Below are positions 49,006-59,707 of a stretch of 64,000 nt of DNA, piece after piece. The DNA lies in the NCBI GenBank assembly GCA_963812155.1, contig CAWETW010000004.1, positions 138,305 through 202,304 on the forward strand, given 5' to 3'. Position numbers and translations under genes: made by a program. The notes beneath the pieces were generated by a model. The model did no database searches. It worked only from the letters and a program-made list of their open reading frames with translations, and had not been told where the DNA came from. This DNA comes from Vulcanimicrobiota bacterium (lineage in GTDB: Bacteria > Vulcanimicrobiota > Vulcanimicrobiia > Vulcanimicrobiales > Vulcanimicrobiaceae). Every line of letters starts with the position of its first letter. Positions within the stretch are counted from its first letter, which is position 1.

Positions 49006-49669
49006 TCAGGCGACCTGGCGCTGCAGGAGGTGCATGGAGCCGATGGGCCTGAAGGTCGCATCCAAGAAGCTCCGTACGCTTGCCGCGTTGCCCGGGCTGA
49101 CGCATGCGACTACCAGGGATCCACAGGGGGGAAGGGCGAGCGCTGCCTCCACGAGCGCCGCGGCCTTCCCCACGCCCGCGTCGGTCCGCCTCGAGGCCTC
49201 GATACTCAACTCGGGCAGCCCAGCGACGCCGCGTGCGAGGATCGCCACGGCGGACCGGTCGGGGTCGTCGAAACCGTACACGTCGAGATCGTCCCTGAAG
49301 TTCGCCGCGATCCTCACTCTCGGATGGCTGAGCAGATCGCGTCGTGGGACGAGCTTGCCGCTGCCACCGCCTCCCCGGCCACGAGCTACGAACAGAAGGT
49401 CGAGGCAACCGATCCGGGACCCCGGCCCAGCGATGGCGGTAATGAGCCGGGGGTCGTGAGCGCCCCCGTACCCGTTCGCACCGACTTCCCCGCAGCCTGT
49501 CGTCGGTGATGTCGTCACCGAGACAGAAGACGGCGTGCGCCGTGAAAGCGACGACGGCTTCAAGCCCTGAGCGCCACCGGGGCGCGCGACTCCAACCGCC
49601 GTCGGGTTTAGGAAACCGTCCCTGGTCTGCGTCCTCGATGACCTTGGCGAGCCGGTGTACGGGGTTCAT
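49006..49669 (-). pseudogene. Hypothetical protein with GNAT-like C-terminus, frameshift near 49495
   Basis: GRFP.PDGG...AVVAFTAHA; C-terminal GVGK...VSPGNAASVRSFL..F.PIG. Confidence 0.55.
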
Positions 49670-49881
49670 ACGGGAGCGATGTTACCAATCCGTTCGCGGT
49701 GCAGAACGCCCACGTCGATGAGAAGAATATGCGTGCTGATTATGGCCTGTCGTACAAGCAAAGTTGGCGGGCATCCCGGCGGCAAGAATCCGTCGACGGC
49801 GCGCCCGCTTCACCTGTTCGAGGTGTTCTGTGTGCCAGTTCTGGGGGCATCCCTGATTCGCAAAATCCGGTCGTCCTAAGA

Positions 49882-50700
49882 ATGACGCGGAAAGCGTATC
49901 CGAACGCCGGGTCGGTGACCGTCTCCGCGCACGAACTATCGTTGAGCCGGATGGCGGAGACTCCACGCCAAGTAATTCGACGGCCCGACGGCCAGCCGTA
50001 TTCTCCCGGCACCCTCACCGAGACCGTCTACGTGTTGAAGTCGACCGATCAGTGGCTTCCTGACGAGGGTCCAGACGGTGCCATCTGGTCCGGCGGCCAC
50101 GGCCGCATCAAGAGCAACCAGCACCCCGCCCGATACATCCTCGACACCGACGGGACGGTCCTCCGTCCGCCGCTACCAGGCGGTGAAGACGTTCGCGGAC
50201 CAACTATCTCGCGGCGCATGACCGGGCGACGAGCTCAGCGACGAACTCGGCGACAAGCTCAGCTCATTGCCTGCGCTCAGGCAGTGGCCGAGCTGGCCGA
50301 GCATCGGGAAATCCAACCCCTCCGGGTCCACGACGTCGAACACGACCTGGAGATTCACGCCGTCTTGGGCGCCATCGTGAGGCGCTGGAAGACCCCGGCC
50401 AGCTACATCAGCACCGCCGCGGTGAACATGCCGAGAAAGGAGCTGCACCTGGAACACGTCGTCCCGATCCGGGTCCTGGTGGACCGGATGATCATGGACC
50501 CGACCGAGTGTCAGGAGCTGCTCGAGACGGCGGTGGTCATCGCCCGCGTCACGCCGGCCGAACACCGGGAGCTGGGTGGCATCTTCACGCACACCCAGGA
50601 GCTGTACGGCCGGATGCTCAAGGCGCCTGTCTCGGAGCTGCCGGACCTTGGGTGGGAGCGGTACCCAGGGACCTCGATCACAGTCCAGCCGACGTCGTAG
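49882..50700 (+). CDS. Hypothetical protein with HNH-like C-terminal motif (start uncertain)
   Basis: Long ORF with good codon bias; LEHVVP...VTPAEHREL. Confidence 0.5.
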   Translation: MTRKAYPNAGSVTVSAHELSLSRMAETPRQVIRRPDGQPYSPGTLTETVYVLKSTDQWLPDEGPDGAIWSGGHGRIKSNQHPARYILDTDGTVLRPPLPGGEDVRGPTISRRMTGRRAQRRTRRQAQLIACAQAVAELAEHREIQPLRVHDVEHDLEIHAVLGAIVRRWKTPASYISTAAVNMPRKELHLEHVVPIRVLVDRMIMDPTECQELLETAVVIARVTPAEHRELGGIFTHTQELYGRMLKAPVSELPDLGWERYPGTSITVQPTS

Positions 50701-51116
50701 TTACCGTGCGCCTGATTGAGGGCCTCTCATGTGCCGGTCGGAGGCGCGCCAGAACTGCCGATTCGCGCCTCGACCCCGACACCACCGTCTGAGCCCTCGA
50801 CCGACGCCGGATTCGGCGATCACGGATTCCTGGTCTAAACAAACGAGTTTTCGGCTCGTGCGAACATGGTACGCCAGAAGCTCAATGACAATCACTGGTC
50901 GCACATTCGGTATCGCGTATCAAACAAGATCGGTGGACCTGACCGCGGCGCGAACCGTCGATCTGGTCGGATTCTGATCCTAGAATAAGGCATTTTCAGC
51001 GGCGCAGAAGCGGCAGTTATGCCGGTGATCCTGGCAAGTAGATCCGGGATATGCCGGTGATCCGTGGGCGATTTTAGCCTGTCGTCGGCAACGCCCAGGA
51101 CCACCGGTCGATCGGG

Positions 51117-51434
51117 TCAGGGCCCAGGGGCTACCTCCGTTCCGTACTCGTAATGTCGCCGGGCGTCAGCGGCGCTGAGGCCAAGCTGAGCGCCGATCGT
51201 CGACCATGGCACCGACTGGTCCCGGGCGGCGGCCACGACTTGGGCGATCCTGGCCTCGACCTGAGCCGAAAGGCTCGCTAAGGCATGGAGTTCTGCGCCG
51301 GCATCACCGACCCACATCGGCGAGCGCAGGATGGTGAGGCTGACGACGGCCTCGTCGAGCACGGCAGCAGAACACTCGTCGATGAGGGGCCGGGCGGGGT
51401 AAGCCCGGCGGGGGTCGTCGGTGCCCCGGCTCAC
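51117..51434 (-). CDS. Small HTH-containing hypothetical protein
   Basis: VAAARDQSVPWSTIGAQLGLSAADARRHY; GGAGG RBS. Confidence 0.6.
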   Translation of the reverse strand: MSRGTDDPRRAYPARPLIDECSAAVLDEAVVSLTILRSPMWVGDAGAELHALASLSAQVEARIAQVVAAARDQSVPWSTIGAQLGLSAADARRHYEYGTEVAPGP

Positions 51435-51869
51435 GACTTAGCCTCCTCCACGCCGGCGACCAGGCGCTCGTAGAGCTGAGCGCTCCTGTAGCGAGTGCGG
51501 TGGGCCAGCGCCGGCGCAGTTCCGACCAGAGAGGGCAACGTGTTCGGCTCGCTGCGCCCAACGCCGTCACAGCCGTCTACGGAAGTCGAGGCTTGGCCCA
51601 GAGGTGCCAACCCGAGAGTCGGCTCGGTCTCCCGACTGCATCGCCCGGCCTGTTCCTGTCCCGATGTTGGAGGGCCAAATGGTACGACAAAACGCCGTGG
51701 AGCCCGGATAATAGGCTGCTGGCAGGAAGTGTGCTCAGCGCCTTCTCAAACTCTGTGTACCACGCAAGGCCCCGGCGTTACCCCCGCCACCGCTACGGCC
51801 CGTACTGCCAGAGCCCGGGAGCCCAAGCTGTGATAGCGGCGACCGGTGCGTCGGGGGTACCAGCACGCC

Positions 51870-53015
51870 CATAGTCCTGGGCATTGCCGAAGCCGAACAC
51901 ACCCCCCTGTGACGCGCTGGCCATCCAGTAGCCCTTGTCGTCAGGGGTTAGGGCGATCCCCACGATGTCGCTCACCCGGATGTGCTCACCCGGCAGGGAG
52001 CCGTAGAACTTGACCCCGGTGCCGAAGGTGAAGACCCCCCCGTCGGCGCCGACGAGGGCGTAGCCCGTCCCCGTGTGACGACAAGATGGCGTCCCGGATG
52101 TTCTTCACGTGGATCCCCAGGCCGGGCAACGAGCCGTGAAAATGGGCCGTGCCGAAGGTGAACACGCCACCGTCCCAGCCCACGAGCAAGTAGCCGTGCC
52201 CGTCGGCGAGGCCACCATGCCGACGATGTGCTCGGTGCGGATGCCGATGCCGGGCATCGAGCCGTAGAACTTGGCGTCACCGAAAGTGAAGAAACCGCCG
52301 TCTGCGCCCACCAAGTAGTAGCCCTTGAAGTCGGGGGTGGCGGTGATGGCGACGATGTCCGAGACGTGCTTGCCCAGGGCGGGCAGGTCCCCGTAGGACT
52401 TGGCGTCGCCGAAGGCGCTCACGCCGCCGTTGGCCGTCGCCACCCAGTAGCCCTTCCCGTCAGCGGTGCTCGCCATGCCCACGACCGGCCCGCTGGCGGC
52501 TGAGGTAGTCGGCGTCCCCGAGCGGCTTGGCGTCCTCGTAACCGAGGACACGGCCGTTGGCTGTGGCCAGCCAGAACGAAGGGCGGTAGACATACAGAGG
52601 CGACGCCGTTCGTCGCAACCGACGGGGCAAAGACACCAAAGCCGTTGTAGTTGCAGGGCATGCCCGGCGTTGGGCGCGATACGCTGCGGTGCACGTCGCG
52701 GCGCCGGTAACGGTGTTGACGGGTTTGGGGCCGCCGCATTCGTGGGTGAAAGTCACCGTGCCCCCGTTGGGTACGGGGCTCACAGTGGCTGTGAGCGTCA
52801 CCGGCTGGCCCTAGGAACACCGCGTTGGGCGACACGGACAGGGTCGTGGTCGTCTTGGTGGTGGCGAAGACGAACGTCACGTGCTGGACGGCATCGGGGG
52901 CGACCCCGTTTGTCGCCGTGACGGTCACCGTGTAGGTGCCTGCGGCGCTCGGGGGCGACGACCCGGTGATCAGCGCTCCGCCGAAGATGTTCGGCGTAAA
53001 GGTCAACCCCGGTGG
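51870..53015 (-). pseudogene. 3' part of a secreted Ig-like protein with GYW/DGGVF.FGDA repeats, several frameshifts
   Basis: LPPGLTF...GTYTVTVTATNGV; repeats GYWVATANGGVSAFGDA, GYYLVGADGGFFTFGDAKFYGS, GGVFTFGTAHFHGS. Confidence 0.7.
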
Positions 53016-53334
53016 CAGGGGCGCACCAAGAAAGAGATCATCCGGGTGCTCAAGCGCTACATCGCCCGCCAGGTTTACCCCTACGTCATCGCCGCCGTCT
53101 AAAACGGCGCTCGCTCTGGCGACGGGCCTGGCCCGAGAATCGGCTGACAGCCCCCGGCTTGTCCTTAGAACGATTTGCCGGCCCGCCGCCAACACCCCTC
53201 TCATGACCTCGTCGACGGGGACTGCTGGCCTACTAAGAGCTTGCCTTTATGGCCCATCCCTGTCTTGCCGCATCCCCCGTCGACGACCAACCAGGAAGAC
53301 CCGAAAATGACCCCTTGACATTCCTAGGAGCATC
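53012..53334 (+). mobile_element. IS110-family remnant (transposase C-terminus and right end)
   Basis: GRTKKEIIRVLKRYIARQVY; end motif CTTGACATTCCTAGGAGCATC. Confidence 0.7.
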
Positions 53335-53685
53335 GATCCCGGATTCCTGGCCTAGACAAACCAGGTTTAGACGCTTGTCCACATAATGTTCGAAAGTACA
53401 ACGATAATCGGGTCGCTCGTTATGTCCCGGCTCACCGAGTGGATTCGCCGAGGCTAAGCGATCCCGAGCCGTCGATATCTCAAGTCCTTCTGGATATGTC
53501 CTCGCCGATGTTATGCGTGGATCTTGGTCCCGGCGAGGACGCGTTATCTGAGGTTGTCTTCGGCGTAGTTGCTGTCGCTTTGTTGGTTGGTCAGCTCCAG
53601 CCTTCGGGCTGTACGATGCGTGGTGGACCGTGGCCTAGAGTCGAACGCCCGCCCCATGGGTACTGCGCGCTGGCGCCCGGCCCGT

Positions 53686-56082
53686 TCAGCAGCCCCAACC
53701 TCGACAGCGGAAGTAGGACACCTCGCCGTCGGCGCCGTCCGCCACGTAGACGGTACCTGTCGTCTGGTCGACGACCACGTTGAGCGGGTTGCCACCCACC
53801 GGCACTGTGGCGGGCGTCTGGGTGCAGCCGCTCCGCTGCGTGCCGTTGCAGGTCGCGCCGTTGAAGACCTCCGTGTCGCGGTTGCTCAAGGACGTCGCGT
53901 AGACGGTGTCTGTGGCCTGGTCGACAGCGAGGCCGAACCCCCCGTCGCCGGTCGTCAGTGTCGCCGGCGTCTGCCCACAGCCTGAGGTGACGCTGGCGTT
54001 GCAGCTGGCCCCGTCGATCACAGCCATCGGGTGCGAGACGGTGGAGGTGTGGCTGACGCCGCCGGTGGTCACGTAGACCGTGTCGGTGGCCTGGTCGACG
54101 GCCGCGTTCAAAGGTTCCGCGCCCACGGTGACGGTCGGCGGGGTTTGGCCGCAGCCCGTCGTCACGGTGGCGTTGCAGGTCGCCCCGTCTATCACCGAGA
54201 CCGTGTTGGCGCCGAGATTTGGCACGTAGACGGTGTCAGTGGCCTGGTTGACGGCCAGTGCGAATGGGAAGTGGCCGACGGTGACGGTCGGCGGGGTTTG
54301 GCCGCAGCCCGTTGTCACGGTGGCGTTGCAGGTCGCCCCGTCTATCACCGACACGGTTGTCCCTGGGGCCGTCGGGGTCCCTTGGTTGGTCACGTAGACC
54401 GTATCGGTGGCCTGGTCAATAGCCACGTTGAAAGGGGACGTCCCGACCGTGACGGTCGGGGGCGTCTGGCCGCACCCGGTCGTCATGGTGGCGTTGCAGG
54501 TCGCCCCGTCAATAACCGACACGGTTGTCCCTGGGGCCGTCTGGGTCCCTTGGTTGGCCACATAGATGGTGTCGGTGGCCTGGTCCACGGCCACGCCCGA
54601 CGTGAAGTTGCCGGTGGCGACGGTGGGCCAGGTCCGCCCGCAGCCAAGGGGGACAAAGGCGTTGCAGGTCGCCGCGTTTATGACCGAGACGTCGTTGCTG
54701 TCCTGGTTGGCCACGTAGACCGTGTGCGTCAAGTTGTCTATGGCCAACTGGTACGGGCCGTTACCGACCGTGGTCGTCGGCGGTTCGTGGCGGCAGCCGG
54801 ACTGGTGTGCCAGGGTGCAGGCGGCGCCGTTGAGCACCGACACGTCGTTGTCGCCCTGGTTGGTGACATAGACCGTGTCGGTGGCGATGTCGATGTCGAG
54901 GTCCCCGGGGTTGTAGCCCGTCGTGAGCTGGGGCGGCGTCTGGTTACAACCGGCGGTGTCGAGGGCGTTGCAGATGGCCCCGTCGATCACCGACACCGTG
55001 CTGTCGTTCTGGTTCCCTACGAACACGTTGTGGGTCAGCGGGTCTACCACCAAGTTCCAGTCAGGCGCACGCGCCGACGGCCACGGTGGGGGGGACCTGG
55101 CCGCACCCCGAGGTCACCGTCGCATTGCAGGTGGCCCCGTTGATGACGTACACGAAGCCCAGGCTGGGCCCCTCGGCCATCTCGTACACGGTGTCGGTGG
55201 CCTGGTCGACGGCGGCCGCGTACGGCATGGTGTTGAGGCCGAGCGAGACCGTGGGCGGCGTCTGGCCGCAGCCTGTCGTCACGCTGGCGTTGCAGGTGGC
55301 CCCGTCGATAACGCCGACGCTGCTGGCCCCACTGGCGGTGAACTCGGGGACATATACGGTGTCGGTCACCTGGTTCACAGCGAGCAGCCATGGGTTACCG
55401 GCGACGGTCACCGTCGGCGGCGTCAGGGCGCAGCCGGTCGTAACCGTGCCGTTACAGGTCGCCTCGTTGACGACAGAAACGGTATCAGTACCGGAGTTGG
55501 TCACGTACACCGTGTGGGTGGCCTGGTCGATCCCCACGCCCGCCGGGCCGGGGCCGACCGTGATGGTGGCCGCCACGCTCCCGCACCCTGAGGTCACGGT
55601 GGCGCTGCAGGTCGCCCCGTTTATCACCGACACGGTATCGCCACCGGCGTTAGCCACATAGACGGTGTCCGTGGCTTGGTCGACGGTGACGGCGTCCGGC
55701 CCGGGGCCGACAGGGACCGTAGGCGGGGCCTGGCCACAGCCCGCCGCCACAAGGGCATTGCAGGTAGCAGTGTTGACCACCGAAACGGTGGCGTCGTTCG
55801 CGTTCGCTACGTACGCCGTGTGGGTGGCCTGGTCGACGGCGATGGCGTCGGGGCCGGCCCCCACTGCCACGGTGGGGCTAGGAGGGCGATGGTGCAACAA
55901 GCCTCCTAACGAAGGCCACCCCGGCCGGGCCCTCTCGACCGGGCCGGTCCCGACACCATCCAAGCCGCGGCTGTGCCCGGCTGCCCTGCCGAGGCCGCCG
56001 CCGGGCCGGCGACCGTTACGGCCGGGAGCACGAGAGCGGCAGTTACGCCGATAATTCCGAGGCGGGTCGAAAGTCTGGTCAT
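53686..56082 (-). pseudogene. Secreted YVTN/YncE-type beta-propeller repeat protein, frameshifts near 55900-55980 and 55055
   Basis: Signal peptide at 56082; about 14 repeats VDQATDTVYV.N....VSVIDGATC-x7-C..TPPTV.VG. Confidence 0.8.
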
Positions 56083-57244
56083 TGTTTGTTCCCTTTTCGG
56101 TGAGGATTTGCGCACTCGATCGCTGGCATTACCCAACCGCTTACCGATTTTTATTTGGGGACGGCGTCTTCGGGTCCGAGCGGGCGCGCTCGTAAGGACC
56201 GGTTCCGTCTGTCCTTCACGGGGCGGCTTTGGCCAACTTCTCCGACAAAATGTCAGGCGCTACCGGCCGGCCTCCTGGACCGGCGAAACGGTCAGCGGAC
56301 CTCGTCGAAGGCGTCAACTCGGTCCGCGACCCCTCGACACTGCTTTTGCATGAATACACCCTGTCGAATATGGAATACAAGCGAAATTTGCTCGCTGGCC
56401 ATTTTTTTCTCGGGCCCGATACAGTTCGTCGGGACCGGCGACTGCAGATCGTGCCGCGGTCGTGTCAGGTGAGCCGGTGAATGGGACAGGGCTCAGTGAA
56501 ACCTCAGCCAAGACTGTGACCGTACCCGCCGCCGCTAACCTGTGGCCGGCCCACACCGACCCGGCTCTCTCTCCTCGCCGGACAACGCCACAAGACTCTG
56601 GTGGCTCGGCGCCAACATGAACCGGCGCTGACGCTTCGTCCAAGAACGGGCGAGTCTTCTCGCACCAACTCGCTAGTGGACCGGAATCTGCCACACCCCA
56701 TAGGGGACGAAATTAAACTGTTGCAGGCATTGAGCGTGACTTCATAATCGACCTCATCAGTCGCCGACCGGGCCGCGGCCTCGTCAATCGGGAGCGCTCA
56801 ACTTCTCCCGAGTGCACAAGGGCCGTCCCAAAATTGCGTATCCAAAGGGAAGTGCCCGGGCTCGAACCTCACCCTTGAAGTTACCCGACGAAGACCGCAC
56901 CCTGGACAACAGGGATTCCAACGGTCTAATGAGCTACGTACATTTGTGCTTAGTGGGCTTTGTCGATGCGCGCTCCATAACCGGCGATTATGTTCGATTC
57001 AGCCGCACGAGTTTTGGAAATGTGCCCGGCAACGAAATCGGCGTGTTATCTCGCGCCGCTTTTGTGCCGTTATGTGGGTGAAAGCAGGGTCACCCCACCT
57101 GAGTGCTTCCTCCAGTTGGCCTGGGAAGGCGGCCGGCTGCACCTGTCAAGAACCCCCCTCGTGACACACCAAGGGTTCTCCCCGAATTTTGCTGGTCCAA
57201 CCCGTTCGCACCTGGCCAAAGCCTGAATAGCCCTCCAAGCTTCT

Positions 57245-57385
57245 TTACGGCAGAGTCTCGAAGACACCTCCGAACACGTTCACGCCCGCCCCGTTGATAC
57301 TCGCTTTTTGGTTGACGCCGGGTATTGAGCCGAATAGCGGCACCGGTAATTCCGCGTCCTTGACGAACATGTACAGAGGGTGGCG
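57245..57385 (-). pseudogene. C-terminal fragment of a COG4315-like secreted repeat lipoprotein
   Basis: HPLYMFVKD...INGAGVNVFGGVF. Confidence 0.45.
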
Positions 57386-57389
57386 CTCG

Positions 57390-58530
57390 GGCCCTGAGCA
57401 GCTGCCACGCCTGTGCGAGTGGCCCAGGCCTGGCCGGTGCGCACCTGGGCAGTCGAGAACGCCTCGGGGCTTGGTTACCTCCTGTCCCAACAGCTCGTCG
57501 GCGCCGGCGAAAGGTGGTGGACGTCCCGCCCAAGCTCGCCGCCCGGGCACGCCTGCTCGACAACGGCGACCTCAACAAGAACGACCCCAATGACGCCCGC
57601 TCGGTCGCGGTGGCCGCTCTGCGGGCAAAACGCTTGTCGGAGGTGACAAAAGAGGACCATGCCGCAGTGATGAGGCTGTGGGCGCGGCGGCGCAAAGACC
57701 TCACGAGCGCCCTCACCAGGATGGCCGACCGCCTCCATGCCGTCATCTTGGAGCTCGTGCCCGGCTGGTACACGGGCGAGATCTACGCCAGCAAAGTGGC
57801 CCGGCTGCTCGTGGCCTTGGAGCCCGCGGGCGCCGTCGCTGCCGCCGGCAAGGAGCTGGCCGATCCTCCGTCGCCTGGACGGCCAACTGGCCGAGCTCAA
57901 GGGCGGCTGGCGGCCGTAGTAATGGCCTCTGGGACCACCACGACCAAGGTCTTCGGCGTCGGGCCGGTAGTAGCCGCCATCACCGTCGGCCTCACCAGGG
58001 ACGTGGGCCGCTTCGCCGACAAGGACCACTTTGCCGCGTACAACGGCAGTGCCCCCACAGAAGTTTCCTCAGGGCCGAAGAAGATCTACCGGCTCTCGAT
58101 GAGGGGCAGCCGCCAGCTGAACCACGCCCTGCACATGGCGGCCGTCACCCAGGTCCGCCACCGCCACAGCGAGGGCCGCTCCTACTACGACCGCAAGGTC
58201 GCTGAGGGCAAGACCGGCAAGGAAGCCCTCCGGGCCCTCAAGCGCCGCATCAGCGACGCTCTTTATGCCGCCATGGTCGCCGACGCCCGCCGTGACCGCC
58301 AGGAGGGCCAAGCCTCAGGTGGCCCGGGAGGGCAAACGGGGAACGGCTCAGTAGCCTCCGCGGCCGGCTCTCACCCCGCAAAACCGGCTCTTCGGCCAAG
58401 CCACTCCCGGGCCAACCCCAAGGCTAGGCCTCTCCGGCAGGCCGCGCGCCCCCTCGGCCTACCGAGAAAATCAGAAAAAGATCCCCAAAGCATCTTGACA
58501 TCTGGAACAAAGAGGACTCGATATGGGCGA
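57390..58530 (+). mobile_element. IS110-family transposase, 5'-truncated and frameshifted, with right end
   Basis: WAVENASGLG, KNDPNDA, FAAYNG.AP...SSG, RGSRQLNHALH, GKT..EALRALKRR; CTTGACA at the right end. Confidence 0.85.
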
Positions 58531-58866
58531 TCATGCCGGCTGCAAGCAACTCCGTTCATACATACGGCGTCCCGGTTATGGTTTCGAATCAGCAGCGCCA
58601 CAAAGGCCGCCGCAAGCATCATTATGTTGCCATCGTTTGCCGGTACCGGGCCTGGCGAGCAAACTCCGCCCCGACGGACGAGCGCGCCTGAGCCGTCACA
58701 GCTCTTCGTCAAGATGGACGACCGGCTCGTGCCGGAGTTGTCGCAGCCGGTGGCTTCTCAACGGGCGCCTCACACGGCCAGAGCAGTCCGGTAACACTCC
58801 GATAACACGGCAGCCCTAGAACATCTCGTGCCGGCGACAAAGCCGGCCCTGATGAACGGAGCCGAA

Positions 58867-59602
58867 ATGAAAAAGAGGGCCGTTGGCGCAGTAGTTGGCG
58901 CAACCGCCGTATCGGTGCTTGTGCCATTGACACTGTTGCAGGTGACCACCGCCGGCGCAGTCGGAAAGGCAAACCAACAAGACCGCCCAGGAGCCATCAC
59001 GATTCAATCCTGGCTGTACGCCGTCCCGAGCGACAACATGATGTCGGCGACCATTTGGGACTGCTTCAAGATCACCGGGGCGATCACCGACGAAGGCGGC
59101 GGCCCCACCTGGACCGACGACGCCTCCTACCAAGCGCCCAACACGATGACAAGTGGCGGGGTCAGCGCTGCGAGCCATGAGTGCTCAGACAAGGTCCCCG
59201 CCGGTGGCTTCATCCTGGTGCCCCCGCCTGAAGCGGGCCAGTACCAGTTCGCCCAGTACACGGCGGCGCCCAGTTCTCCGGGTGGGCTCAGCACGATCTA
59301 TGCGGTGCACACACTGCGTCGCGCAGAAGGGCGACATCGACATCCAGTTCGCCGGCACCTACAATATGACCAACAGCCCCGTGCCCGTCAAACTTCCGAA
59401 CGGCACGACCGTCGAGGTCCAGCCCTTGACGACCGGTCCGGAAGGGAGCTGGCTTATCACCGGCGGCACCGGGGCTTACGCCGGCGTGCAGGGTAGCGGT
59501 ACTTCCTTTGCCAATGCCGAAAACACGTTCCCTTGGATCAACCACACCGAGCACGGCTCAGTGTGGTGGGACGGAACCCCCAAGGCCGCCAGCAACTCCT
59601 AA
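58867..59602 (+). pseudogene. Secreted hypothetical protein, frameshift near 59316
   Basis: Signal peptide MKKRAVG...; continues in ORF 59153-59602 with WLITGGTGAYAGVQGSG (dirigent/AOC-like barrel motif). Confidence 0.55.
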
Positions 59603-59707
59603 CACATAAAGCTGCGTATGGCCTGCGTGAGAGACCGTGGGAGGGCCCGCAAGGAGGCGGGCCCTTCTTCTCGCCCCGCCCAGGTCCCACGGTGAGATAA
59701 TGCGGTC

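Noticed and set aside
54120..54560. Spaced direct repeats suggesting a CRISPR array
   Set aside because: They are in-frame coding repeats of the beta-propeller gene; no cas genes in the window.
56140..57240. Long non-coding stretch as a possible ncRNA or riboswitch
   Set aside because: No recognisable motif or extended pairing found by eye.
42390..59320. Programmed frameshifting in the right-half genes
   Set aside because: Shifts are numerous, lack slippery motifs and hit unrelated genes; sequencing error or decay is simpler.
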